Notes under the pieces: generated by a model
Database searches by the model: none
Told to the model about the DNA's origin: nothing
The model's input: only the letters and a program-made list of their open reading frames with translations
Part shown: one piece after another, positions 49,044-60,264 of the stretch
How positions within the stretch are numbered: the first letter of the stretch is position 1
Layout: every line of letters starts with the position of its first letter
Program-made: the position numbers and the translations under genes
From: an uncultured Actinomycetes bacterium
GTDB lineage: Bacteria; Actinomycetota; UBA4738; JBBDTT01
Assembly: GCA_963742735.1 (NCBI GenBank)
Contig: CAVUMN010000004.1
Coordinates: 1,056,001 to 1,120,000 of the forward strand
Length of the DNA stretch: 64,000 bases
Direction of reading: 5' to 3'

Positions 49044-49909
49044 CCCTGGTCGACCCGGCCTGGGTGGCCGCGCGCCTGGACGACCCGAACCTCGTCGTCG
49101 TCGACTTCCGGTGGCGGGAGGACGGCTCGGGCCGGGCCCGGTACGAGGCCGGCCACCTGCCGGGCGCGATCTACCTGGACTGGACGGCCGACATCGTCGA
49201 GCCGGCCGCCCGGTACGCCTTCACCCTGGCCGGGCCGAAGCGCTTCGCCCGCGCCATGGGCTCGCGGGGAATCGGCGACGACACCACGGTGGTCGCCTAC
49301 GCGGACGAGCGGGGCTCCGGCCCGTTCCGCCTGTGGTGGGCGTTCCGGGTCTACGGCCACCAGGGCGTGCGGATCCTCGACGGCGGCCTGGAGCGGTGGA
49401 TCGACGAGGACCACCCGCTCGAGCCGGGCACGCCGCCCGCCCGGCCGCCGGCCACGTGGACCTCGCGGGAGGGCCCCCTGCGCATCGCCGCGGCCGACGA
49501 CGTCGCCCGGGCGAAGGAGGACGGCGTCCCGGTGCTGGACTCGCGCCCGGCCGCGCAGTACCGGGGCGAGGCCGTGTGGTTCGAGACCGGCCAGATCCGC
49601 CCCGACGAGACCGGGGTCGCCCACACGCCCCGCGGCGACCTCCGCGCCGGCCGCGTCCCGTGGGCGGCGAGCGTCCCCTGGTACGAGCTGTACCGGAAGG
49701 ACCGCACGCTGAAGCCGCCGGAGGAGCTCCGGGAGATCTTCGAGGCCGCCGGTGCCCGTCCCGGCGAAAGGGCGATCGCCTACTGCGGCGTGGGGATCTC
49801 GGCCGCGGCCCTCGCGTACGCCCTGGACGCGGCGGGCATCGAGCCCGAGGTCTACGACGCGTCCTGGGACGAGTGGGGCCGGACCGACCGCCCCATCGCC
49901 CGTGGCTGA
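49040..49909 (+). CDS. Tandem-rhodanese sulfurtransferase
   Basis: 'YEAGHLPGA', 'LDGG', active-site 'YCGVGIS', 'YDASWDEW'. Confidence 0.92.
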   Translation: MTLVDPAWVAARLDDPNLVVVDFRWREDGSGRARYEAGHLPGAIYLDWTADIVEPAARYAFTLAGPKRFARAMGSRGIGDDTTVVAYADERGSGPFRLWWAFRVYGHQGVRILDGGLERWIDEDHPLEPGTPPARPPATWTSREGPLRIAAADDVARAKEDGVPVLDSRPAAQYRGEAVWFETGQIRPDETGVAHTPRGDLRAGRVPWAASVPWYELYRKDRTLKPPEELREIFEAAGARPGERAIAYCGVGISAAALAYALDAAGIEPEVYDASWDEWGRTDRPIARG

Positions 49910-49931
49910 GCGGCGCGGATCTGACGGACCG

Positions 49932-51947
<2,016 letters not shown>

Positions 51948-51973
51948 GCATTGACTGTAGGAGGTGCGCGCCG

Positions 51974-52351
51974 ATGATGAGCCGCTTTCCGCTGGTCGCC
52001 ACGCTGCCGGCCGCCGACATCGACCGGGCGAAGGCCTGGTACCGGGACAAGCTGGGCCTCGAGCCCGTCGGCGAGCTCGAGCAGGGCCTGCGCTACGAGT
52101 CGGGCGGGGTCCGCTTCGAGCTGTACCCGAGCTCCTTCGCCGGCACGGCGCAGAACACGGCCGCCGGCTTCCAGGTCGACGACATCGAGGCGGTGGTCGA
52201 CGAGCTCACCGCGCGCGGCGTGGTCTTCGAGCAGTACGACTTCCCCGGCCTGAAGACGAACGAGAAGGGCATCGCCACGTTCGGGACCGAGACCGCGGCC
52301 TGGTTCAAGGACAGCGAGGGCAACATCCTGTCGGTCGGCCGGGACGCGTGA
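51974..52351 (+). CDS. VOC/glyoxalase family protein (copy 1)
   Basis: '[13 protein letters not shown]', 'GVVFEQYD', '[11 protein letters not shown]'. Confidence 0.9.
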   Translation: MMSRFPLVATLPAADIDRAKAWYRDKLGLEPVGELEQGLRYESGGVRFELYPSSFAGTAQNTAAGFQVDDIEAVVDELTARGVVFEQYDFPGLKTNEKGIATFGTETAAWFKDSEGNILSVGRDA

Positions 52352-52357
52352 CGCGGA

Positions 52358-52858
52358 TCAGGGCGAGGCGGAGAACGACCCCTTGGCGGCGATCGCCCGG
52401 CTCAGGCTCTGAGCGGGAGACGCGCCGCCCTGCTGGATCTGTTCGAAGCTCGGGCACGCGTACGTGCCGCTGATCGCGTCGCCCTCGAAGGCGGAGGTGG
52501 CCGTACAGTCCTGTCCGACGTACGTGATCCCCTCGTCGAGGTCGAACGTGACGTCCACCACCGACGGCTCGGCCGACGCCGGGGTCCACTCGAGGTCGAT
52601 GCTCAGGGAGGCCTCGGTGGTGCCGTAGGACGCCGACATCAGCGCCTCGCCGTCCTGGCCGCCGTAGTCGTTCGTGCCGAGAATGCTCAGATCGAGCTGA
52701 ACCGTCTGGCTGAGGTGGCCGCTGAGCGTCAGCTCGGCGGCGCCGCTCTCGTACGCCACCATCCCGTCGGGAGGCCCGGTGGTGTCGCCCGCGCCGCCGC
52801 CGCCGCACGCCGCCAGCGGAAGCAGCAGGAGCAGGAGGAGACGGGCGCGCGCGTGCAC
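52358..52858 (-). CDS. Hypothetical lipoprotein
   Basis: Lipobox 'LAAC' after a Leu-rich signal; beta-rich body. Confidence 0.72.
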   Translation of the reverse strand: MHARARLLLLLLLPLAACGGGGAGDTTGPPDGMVAYESGAAELTLSGHLSQTVQLDLSILGTNDYGGQDGEALMSASYGTTEASLSIDLEWTPASAEPSVVDVTFDLDEGITYVGQDCTATSAFEGDAISGTYACPSFEQIQQGGASPAQSLSRAIAAKGSFSASP

Positions 52859-52886
52859 GGCGTGATGCTAGCGTGCGAGTCCGGAG

Positions 52887-53279
52887 GTGATGCGCATGAT
52901 CGGCGACTACCCCATCCACGCGGTCCTTCCCGCCTCGGACATCGAGCGGGCGAAGGCCTGGTACAAGGACAAGCTCGGCCTGGAGCCCGTCGAGGAGGAT
53001 CCGGGCGGCCTTCACTACAAGGTCGGTGGCACCGACTTCAGCGTCTTCCCGACCCAGTTCGCCGGGACGGCCCAGAACACGGCGGCGGAGTGGTCCGTGG
53101 ACGACCTCGAGAAGGAGGTCGACGAGCTGACCGTCCGGGGCGTCGTCTTCGAGCAGTACGACTACGGCCCCGAGTTCAAGACGAACGAGAAGGGGATCGC
53201 GACGCTCGGGCCGTTTCTGGGCGCCTGGTTCAAGGACAGCGAGGGCAACATCATCGCCCTCAGCCAGCGCACCGGTTGA
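52887..53279 (+). CDS. VOC/glyoxalase family protein (copy 2)
   Basis: Paralogue of copy 1; GGAGG RBS favours a slightly downstream ATG. Confidence 0.9.
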   Translation: MMRMIGDYPIHAVLPASDIERAKAWYKDKLGLEPVEEDPGGLHYKVGGTDFSVFPTQFAGTAQNTAAEWSVDDLEKEVDELTVRGVVFEQYDYGPEFKTNEKGIATLGPFLGAWFKDSEGNIIALSQRTG

Positions 53280-53376
53280 GGCGCGCCCCGGCGCTCTCTG
53301 CGGCGACCCCGATGCCTAAAAGCGCAACTTCCGCCGGCAACCCAGAGGACTAGGGTGGTCGCGGAGGTGGTGTCCA

Positions 53377-53760
53377 ATGATGGGCAACTATCCGTTCGCC
53401 ACGATGCTGCCGGCATCCGACATCGGGCGGGCCAAGAAGTGGTACGAGGAGAAGCTCGGCCTGAGCCCGACCTCGGAGGAACAGGGAGGTCTGAACTACG
53501 AGGTCGGCGGGAGCCGGTTCAGCGTCTACCCGAGCGAGTTCGCGGGGACCAACAAGGCCACCGCGGGCGGGTTCGAGGTCGACAACCTCGACAAGGTCGT
53601 CGACGAGCTCGCGTCGCGCGGCGTGAGCTTCGAGCAGTACGACCTGGAGTACCTGAAGACGAACGAGAAGGGCATCGCCGAGCAGGAAGGCTGGAAGGGC
53701 GCGTTCTTCAAGGACAGCGAGGGGAACATCATCGCCCTCGCCGAGATGGCCTCGTCCTGA
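53377..53760 (+). CDS. VOC/glyoxalase family protein (copy 3)
   Basis: 'LPASDIGRAKKWY', '[10 protein letters not shown]'. Confidence 0.9.
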   Translation: MMGNYPFATMLPASDIGRAKKWYEEKLGLSPTSEEQGGLNYEVGGSRFSVYPSEFAGTNKATAGGFEVDNLDKVVDELASRGVSFEQYDLEYLKTNEKGIAEQEGWKGAFFKDSEGNIIALAEMASS

Positions 53761-54241
53761 GCTCCTCGAACGCCGCGGCCAGCGCCGGCAGCTGGTAGTG
53801 GGCGTTCAGGCCTGAGGGGTTGGGAAGCACCCACAGCTCGGCCCCGGCCAGCGGCTCAGGCTGCGGGCCGAGCGAGGCCTTCGGACGCTCGAACGCCGTC
53901 CGGTAGGCCGTCACCCCGAGGACGGCCACACGTCGCGGACGCCGCCGCCGGATCAGGCGCTCGAGCCGCCGTGCGCCGGCGCGGAGCTCGTCCGCCGACA
54001 GCTCGTCCGCCCGCGCCGTGGTCCTGCCCACCAGGTTCGTGATCCCGATTCCCGCCGCCAGCAGCTCCCGCTGCTCGCCGGGCGCGAGCTGACGGTCCGT
54101 CAGACCGGCCCGGTGCAGCGCGGGCCAGAACCGGTTCCCGGGACGGGCGAAGTGATGGCCCGTGGCCCCCGAGACCAGGCCCGGGTTGATCCCCACGAAC
54201 AGCACGTCCAGGTCGTCGGCGATGACGTCGCGGAGGGTCAC
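53729..54241 (-). CDS. mug: G/U mismatch-specific DNA glycosylase
   Basis: 'FVGINPG', 'HHFARPGNRFW', 'GITNLV', 'LPNPSGLNA'. Confidence 0.93.
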   Translation of the reverse strand: MTLRDVIADDLDVLFVGINPGLVSGATGHHFARPGNRFWPALHRAGLTDRQLAPGEQRELLAAGIGITNLVGRTTARADELSADELRAGARRLERLIRRRRPRRVAVLGVTAYRTAFERPKASLGPQPEPLAGAELWVLPNPSGLNAHYQLPALAAAFEELRTRPSRRGR

Positions 54242-54243
54242 GC

Positions 54244-55311
54244 TCAGGCGTTCGGGTCGCCGGCCTCGATCCGGCGGTGGGCCAGGGCGAGCGCGGCCGC
54301 GTCGGTGGTGATCCCCTCGGACTCGGCGTCGTCGAACACGCGCGAGATCGTGTCGCCGATCCCGCGCAGCGCTGCGTCGAGCTGCGCCTCGTTCCATCCC
54401 AGGTCCTCGAGCCCGATCAGGTAGAGCACGCCTCCGGCGTTCATCACGAAGTCCGGGGCGTAGAGGATCCCCGCCGCGGCCAGCCGGTCGGCGTCCTCGG
54501 CCGTGGCCAGCTGGTTGTTCGCGCCGCCGGCCACGACCCGGCACCGCAGCCGCGGGATCGAGTCCGCGTTCAGGATGGCGCCCACCGCGTTGGGGGAGAA
54601 GATCTCGCACTCGGCGCCGATCGACCGGTCCGCCGGGACGGCCCCGGCTCCCAGCCGCTGCGCGGTCTCGTCCGCGCGTTCCTGGTCCACGTCGCTCACC
54701 AGCAGCTTCGCGCCGGCCTCGGCCAGGAGCTCGCTCAGCGTCCCCCCGACCCCGCCTACGCCCTGGACCAGAACGGTTCGCCCCGTCAGGTCGTCGGTGC
54801 CGAATGCGCGGGCGGCCGCGGCGCGCATCCCGTGGAACACCCCCGTGCCGGTCGCGGGCCCCGAGCTCCCCGGGCCGCCGGCGGCCAAGGTGCGTCCGTA
54901 GACGTGGGAGGTCCGTTCGCCGATCACGTCCATGTCCTCGGGCACGGTGTTCATGTCGCACGCCGTGGAGTAGATGCCGCCGAGGGACTCGACGAGCTCG
55001 CCGTAGCGGAGCATCAGCTCGCGCCGCCGCTCCGAGCCGAGGGCCGGGATCTCGGGCACCGCCAGGACGGCCTTCCCGCCGCCCCGGCCGAGCCCGGCCG
55101 CCGCGAACTTCACCGTCATCGCCTGCGAGAGCCGGAGCCCGTCGGTCACGGCGTCCTCGAACCCGGGGTACACGCGCAGACGGGTCCCGCCGCCGGCCGG
55201 GCCCAGGCGCGTGGAGTGGACCGCGAGCAGGATCCACGCGTCCAGGTCCTCGGCGCGGCGGACCACGACCTCCTCGCCGTCCCACGCGCGGAGCAGGTCC
55301 TCCAGGCTCAC
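54244..55311 (-). CDS. Glu/Leu/Phe/Val dehydrogenase
   Basis: 'HSTRLGPAGGGTR', 'GGGK', 'VQGVGGVG', 'GGANNQL', 'YAPDFVMNAGG'. Confidence 0.93.
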   Translation of the reverse strand: MSLEDLLRAWDGEEVVVRRAEDLDAWILLAVHSTRLGPAGGGTRLRVYPGFEDAVTDGLRLSQAMTVKFAAAGLGRGGGKAVLAVPEIPALGSERRRELMLRYGELVESLGGIYSTACDMNTVPEDMDVIGERTSHVYGRTLAAGGPGSSGPATGTGVFHGMRAAAARAFGTDDLTGRTVLVQGVGGVGGTLSELLAEAGAKLLVSDVDQERADETAQRLGAGAVPADRSIGAECEIFSPNAVGAILNADSIPRLRCRVVAGGANNQLATAEDADRLAAAGILYAPDFVMNAGGVLYLIGLEDLGWNEAQLDAALRGIGDTISRVFDDAESEGITTDAAALALAHRRIEAGDPNA

Positions 55312-55721
55312 CCGAGCAGCCCCAGCTGCTGGAGCAGGCCCAGCTGGTCGTAGGCGTCGTTCCAGCTGGCGATCTTGCCGTCGCGCAGGCGGATCAGAGC
55401 GATGGACTCGAAGGCGCACGGACGGCCGGTCGCCGGGACCTCCCCGGTCGCGCTGCTGAGGGGGCCGGTGTTGGTCCCCGACGCGCGGACCTCAACGGCG
55501 ATGGCGTCGGGCGTCTCGGCGTAGCCCAGGATCTCGCGTCGCAGGTCGGGGAACGAGCGAGCGGTGGCCTGCCAGTAGCCGGTGACGACGTCCAGCCCGC
55601 CGATCGGGGCGCCCCGGCTCTTGAAGGTCGCGTCCGGGGTGAACCACTGAGCCAGCGCGGGCCAGTTCCCGGCGTCCACCAGGGCCCACACGTTCACGAC
55701 CGCGTCGAGCGCCGCCCCCAT
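55308..55721 (-). CDS. SnoaL-like ester cyclase / NTF2 family
   Basis: 'SFPDL', 'GTNTGPL', 'PATGR', 'DGKI', 'D.LGLLQQLG'. Confidence 0.85.
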   Translation of the reverse strand: MGAALDAVVNVWALVDAGNWPALAQWFTPDATFKSRGAPIGGLDVVTGYWQATARSFPDLRREILGYAETPDAIAVEVRASGTNTGPLSSATGEVPATGRPCAFESIALIRLRDGKIASWNDAYDQLGLLQQLGLLG

Positions 55722-55782
55722 TCGCCCTCCCTCCGCCTCCAGCCGGAACCGCGAGCCTAGCGCGGCGTGAGCGCCCTCGCAG

Positions 55783-55909
55783 GCCCACTCGGCAGATATC
55801 GCAGCCTTGCTATATCGCCGCTTCGGGCCGGCAAAACCGCAGGTCAGAGGCACCGGCGTTCCGGACAATCCGGCCCATATACCAGGAGTGCTATATCCCG
55901 TGAGTGGGC
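55783..55909. repeat. REPIN/MITE-like element: 33-bp imperfect inverted repeats, copy 2
   Basis: gcccactcggcagatatcgcagccttgctatat (55783-55815) and atataccaggagtgctatatcccgtgagtgggc (55877-55909); same consensus as 28174-28345; 61-bp spacer. Confidence 0.72.
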
Positions 55910-56225
55910 CCGGAGGACTCGCGGATCCGCGGTGCCACCGCCCGCCACCCCGCCTCTCTCCAGCGACCCGGCGCGCGCCGAAGGTAGCGGATCAGCCAGA
56001 CGATCGCCGCCGCCAAACCGACCGGCAGGAAGAGGAAGGGCGGGTACAGGAACCCGATGAAGATGAAGTACCAGGACATGATCAGGCATCCGTGACGAAC
56101 CCCCCGCTCCACGATGGATCGCCGGACCTCTGCGCGGCCAGGAAGTACGCGCATCGAATCCAGATGATCGCGGCGAAGACCAGCGCAGGCCCGCTCGCCA
56201 CCCACAGCAGCCAGAGCACGGTCAT
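55891..56225 (-). CDS. Small membrane protein, probably frameshifted near 56090
   Basis: 'MTVLWLLWVASGPALVFAAIIWIR...GFVT' joins 'GCLIMSWYFIFIGFLYPPF' if one G is restored. Confidence 0.45.
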
Positions 56226-56353
56226 CGGCGGAGCGCTCGGACGAGCAGGTTCACCGTGCCGCCGATCGCGGCGACGGCGATCATCCCCACGGCGCAGGCG
56301 ATCATCGCCAGCATGCAGAGCCAGGGTCCGAGGTAGAGAACCAGGCCTTCCAT
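56222..56353 (-). CDS. 43-aa hydrophobic peptide
   Basis: GGAGGGAG RBS; MEGLVLYLGPWLCMLAMIACAVGMIAVAAIGGTVNLLVRALRR; ATGA overlap with the next ORF. Confidence 0.5.
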   Translation of the reverse strand: MEGLVLYLGPWLCMLAMIACAVGMIAVAAIGGTVNLLVRALRR

Positions 56354-56385
56354 CGTTCTCCCTCCCTCCTCTGGTACGCTCCTCA

Positions 56386-56427
56386 TTGAGCGACCGATTA
56401 GAGCATACGCTTAAAGCAGTCGCTCAA
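56386..56427. promoter_or_regulatory. Putative TetR operator (inverted repeat)
   Basis: TTGAGCGAC...GTCGCTCAA between the divergent membrane genes and tetR. Confidence 0.6.
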
Positions 56428-56450
56428 GCAACTCGACGAGGGAGACCGGC

Positions 56451-57046
56451 GTGGCGGACAAGGAGCCCCGAGAGACCCGGGAGGTGATCCTGGACGCGGC
56501 CCTGCGGACCTTGCAGGAGCAGGGGTTCGCGCGGACGAGCGCCCGTGCGATCGCCCGGGCGGGCGACTTCAACCAGGCGCTGATCTTCTACCACTTCGGT
56601 TCGGTCAACGAGCTCCTGCTGGCGGCCCTGGACCACATCGGGGAGGACCGGCTGGCCCGCTACAAGGCCGCCGTCGAGGACGCCAAGACCTTCGAAGACC
56701 TCGTCGCCGTGGCCGCCCGCATCTACCGCGAGGACCTCGAGCAGGGACACATGACCGTCGTCGCCGAGATGATCGCCGGCGGGGTCGCCGACCCGGAGCT
56801 CCGTCCCGAGATCATGACCCGCACCCAGGTGTGGGTGGACTTCGTCGAGGGCGTCGTCGAACGCGTCCTGGCCGGCTCGCCGTTCGCCGGCATGCTGCCC
56901 CCCGCGACGTGGCCTTCGCCCTGGTCGCGTTCTACTGCGGCGTGAACATCTTCACCCGCCTCGAGGAGGACCACGCCCGCACCGAGGCGCTGTTCGACAT
57001 GGCCGCCAACGCCGCGCCGCTCCTGCAGCCGTTCTTTCCCGGATGA
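56451..57046 (+). CDS. TetR/AcrR family regulator; frameshift in C run near 56900
   Basis: 'ILDAALRTL..GFARTSARAIA..NQALIFYHFGS'; C-terminus 'RDVAFALVAFYCG' in the shifted frame. Confidence 0.88.
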
Positions 57047-57942
57047 CCCGCCGCCTGTACCTGGACACCTCCTCGCTGATGTATCGGGCGTTCTTCGCGC
57101 TGCCCGACGCCATCAAGGACACCCAGGGCAAGCCCATCAACGCGGTGCACGGCTACCTGGACATGACGGCGCGCCTGGTGCAGTCGCGCGAGCCCGACGT
57201 GGTGGTCCACAACTACGACCACGACTGGCGCCCGGCCCCGCGCGTGAAGGCCTACGACGGCTACAAGGGCCAGCGCGCCCCCGACCCGCCCGGCCTGCCC
57301 GAACAGTTCGGCGTGCTGCGCGAGGTCCTCGACGCGATGGGCCAGACCCAGGCCGAGGCCGAGGGGTGGGAGGCCGAGGACGCGATCGGCACCCAGGTGG
57401 CGAAGGTGAAGGGCCGCGACCGCGCGGACATCGTCACCGGCGACCGCGACCTGATCCAGCTGGTCCGCGACCCCCACGTCTGCCTGTGGTTCACGCGCAA
57501 GGGCGTCACCGTGATGGACCGGTTCGACGAGGCGGGCGTGGAGGAGAAGTACGGGGTGCCGGCCAACCGGTACGTGGACTTCGCGATCCTGCGCGGCGAC
57601 CCATCGGACGCGCTGCCCGGCGTGCGCGGGATCGGGGAGAAGACCGCGCGCGCGCTGGTGAAGGCGTACCCCTCGCTCGACGCGCTGCTCGCCGACGCCG
57701 CCGCGCCGGTCCGCACCGGGGCGGTGCTGCAGCGCTCGCGAGCTCTGCGGGCCTCGCTCCGCGACGCCGCCGACTACGTGCGCACCATGCAGTTCGTCGT
57801 GCCCATCCAGACCGAACTCGACGTCCGGACGTGGGGCGCTGACCCGGACCCCGAGCGGCTCGAGGAGCTGGCCGAGCGCTACAAGCTGACGAACCCGATC
57901 CGCAGGCTGCGCGAGGCGCTGAGCGGCGTGGGCCCGGGCTAG
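57043..57942 (+). CDS. Stand-alone 5'-3' exonuclease (flap endonuclease)
   Basis: 'LDTSSLMYRAFF', 'YKGQR', 'EAEDAIGT', 'TGDRD', 'LRGDPSDALPGVRGIGEKTA'. Confidence 0.93.
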   Translation: MTRRLYLDTSSLMYRAFFALPDAIKDTQGKPINAVHGYLDMTARLVQSREPDVVVHNYDHDWRPAPRVKAYDGYKGQRAPDPPGLPEQFGVLREVLDAMGQTQAEAEGWEAEDAIGTQVAKVKGRDRADIVTGDRDLIQLVRDPHVCLWFTRKGVTVMDRFDEAGVEEKYGVPANRYVDFAILRGDPSDALPGVRGIGEKTARALVKAYPSLDALLADAAAPVRTGAVLQRSRALRASLRDAADYVRTMQFVVPIQTELDVRTWGADPDPERLEELAERYKLTNPIRRLREALSGVGPG

Positions 57943-58700
57943 AGCATCGCCAGCCGGGCCTGGGCGGCGATGCCCAGGGTCTCGGTCTGGCCGGAGTCCA
58001 TCGACAGGATCCCGCCCACGAACCCCTGCGGGTCGGCCCACGCGCAGATCGAGCGGAAGCCGCCTCCCGAGACCGGCGCGCACGCGAAGCCGAACCCGCC
58101 GCGTCGCGAGTCCTGGATGGAGCTGGTGCGCACGGTGGAGTCGCTCACGCCGGTCCACGCGTCGCCGAGCTGGGTGAGCGCGCCCCGGTCGGACCCGGGC
58201 CTGGCGCCGTAGGCAACCAGGACGAACGACGCGGTGCCGTTCGTCCCGAAGATCGCGACCTCGCCCTCGATCCCGGCGTCGACCAGTGAGTCACGCCAGG
58301 CATCCTCCGCCGCCGAGTACGCGGGGGTGCTCAGCCGGACGGCGTCGCCGACCGACTCGGGCACCGTGTACGCGGGCCCGCGGAGCAGGACGCTCAGGAG
58401 GGCGACCACGCCGAGCCCGACGACCACCTGGCGGGGGACCAGTCCCCGGACGCGGTCGACGCCCCGGGACGGGGCGGCCGGCATGATCTCGTAGCGGATC
58501 CGGTGGGCTGGAGTGGTGGGGGCCTGGGTCGTGGAGTGGGCGTGGAGTCCGCCGCCGCTCTGGGAGAGGCAATGCCAGCAGTACCGGGCCGACGCGGTCT
58601 GCGGCGCCCCGCACGTTGCGCAGCTACGACTTCCGGTGTCGCCCCCTGCGGGCCCGGGGTGGGCCGGAAGCGTGCCGCCGGGATACGTTCCGGTCTTCAC
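57939..58700 (-). CDS. Zinc-ribbon single-TM membrane protein (paralogue A)
   Basis: CATCG..YCWHCL, one TM helix, extracellular domain with two Cys. Confidence 0.65.
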   Translation of the reverse strand: MKTGTYPGGTLPAHPGPAGGDTGSRSCATCGAPQTASARYCWHCLSQSGGGLHAHSTTQAPTTPAHRIRYEIMPAAPSRGVDRVRGLVPRQVVVGLGVVALLSVLLRGPAYTVPESVGDAVRLSTPAYSAAEDAWRDSLVDAGIEGEVAIFGTNGTASFVLVAYGARPGSDRGALTQLGDAWTGVSDSTVRTSSIQDSRRGGFGFACAPVSGGGFRSICAWADPQGFVGGILSMDSGQTETLGIAAQARLAML

Positions 58701-58808
58701 GGCTTCCTATGGGGCGGGCAAGGCAAGCGTATGCCCGGGTCGGAGCGATTGCTATTCACTCCTTCGGGTGTCGGCCGTTTGGCGGAGAGACTGGAGCCGG
58801 GGGGTCGC

Positions 58809-59722
58809 TCAGCCCTCGCCCTGGATCGCGTCGTGGGCGGCGATGGTGATCTGGAACGTGCCGGTCAGGTCCCGGTCGAACCCGGAGACGATGCCGACGA
58901 CGTCCTCCCGCTGCCACAGGCACACCGCCCGCAGGGCGCCGTCGCCCGGGGCGCAGAGGTAGGCCACGCCGTTGAAGTCCCGGCGCTGGATCTCCGCGGT
59001 GTCGATCGAGGCGCTCTGGGTCCCCTCGGCGAAGCCCGTCGCGAAGTTCTGGAAGTTCTGTTCGGGCGACGGCGGGTTGTCGCCCTGGAGGACGAGCACC
59101 ATGAACGAGGGCACGCCGTTGTCCCGAAGACTCCCAGTTGCACGTCCACGCCGCTGCTCCCCAGGGCCTCGTCGATGACGCTCTGGATCTGTTCGGTGAA
59201 GGTGTTCTCCAGCTGGTTGATCCCGGAGATCTCCTGCGGGATCGTGACCTTCCCGGCGAAGAGCTGCCAGAGGAAGAACGCGCCGACAACCACGACCACC
59301 AACGGGATGACCACGCGCAGGGCCTTGCGCGCGCCGGAGGGCTCCTTCTGTCCCATCCCGATCAGCAGCGGCATGCGCTTGTCGAGCTCGTTGGTCGTCT
59401 CCATCGGGGCGGGCGGCAGGCCGACGGACTCGGCCGCCGTGGCGCCGGGGCGGAACGGGTTGCCCGCGGCGGAGTACGGGCTGGGCTCGGGAGGCTTCTC
59501 CCCGGTGGCGGCGGGCTTGAAGGGGTTCCCCTCCGCGGAGTACGGGTTGGGCGCGCCGGGTTCGGCCGGCGGCGTGGACGCCGCGGGGGCTACCGCTCCG
59601 GCGAGGGGGGACAGGCACTGCCAGCAGAACTCGGCCGAGACCGGGTTGGCGGCGCCGCACTTCGGGCACGGCCGTTTCTCGGCGACGAGCGGTTCCTGGG
59701 GTGTCGGGGCGTCGGAGGACAT
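58809..59722 (-). CDS. Zinc-ribbon single-TM membrane protein (paralogue B); frameshift near 59125
   Basis: CPKCG..FCWQCL, 'P.PYSA.GNPF.P' repeats, TM helix. C-terminal domain 'DNGVPSFMVLV...YLCAP..CLW' in the shifted frame (missing G in a G run). Confidence 0.7.
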
Positions 59723-59770
59723 GCGCGTGCCCGGAGGGTACCCCGGCGACGCGCGGCCCGCCAGCAGTCC

Positions 59771-60253
59771 CTAGCGAGCGGCCAGCCAGGCCCGGAACGA
59801 CTCGGCCAGCCCCTCGCCCCCGCGCGGCGGCGGCTTCGGGTCGAGCCACGAGACGCGCTTCTTCTCGTCCTCGATCCGGACCCACTCGTAGCCGTAGGTC
59901 CGCGGGCCGGCCCAGAACGGCTCGACCCACTGCTCGCGGCGCAGCGTGGCCACCGCCGCGTACCCGTACCGCGCCCGCCCGGTCCAGAAGTCGGCCACGT
60001 CGTGGATCGGCGCGCCGGCCGTCCGCTGGCGGATCTGGCGGACGTCGGAGTACTCGCCGACCCACGTGATCTGGACGGTGGCGCGGCCGACGAACAGGCC
60101 GCCGACGAGCTGGACCCACACCGTGTCGTCCTCGAACGCGCCGTGCTTGTGCAGCGGCCCCGGCCGGTCCCGCACCTCGACGCCGTAGCCGAGCCGGGGG
60201 CTCGCGGCGTCCCCGGTCAGGTGCTCCAGGCGCCGGATCAGGACGTGGTCCAT
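59771..60253 (-). CDS. Hypothetical protein (possible PUA/ASCH-like fold)
   Basis: 'MDHVLIRRLEH', GC3-rich codons, aromatic-rich beta pattern. Confidence 0.65.
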   Translation of the reverse strand: MDHVLIRRLEHLTGDAASPRLGYGVEVRDRPGPLHKHGAFEDDTVWVQLVGGLFVGRATVQITWVGEYSDVRQIRQRTAGAPIHDVADFWTGRARYGYAAVATLRREQWVEPFWAGPRTYGYEWVRIEDEKKRVSWLDPKPPPRGGEGLAESFRAWLAAR

Positions 60254-60264
60254 GCGATCCGATC

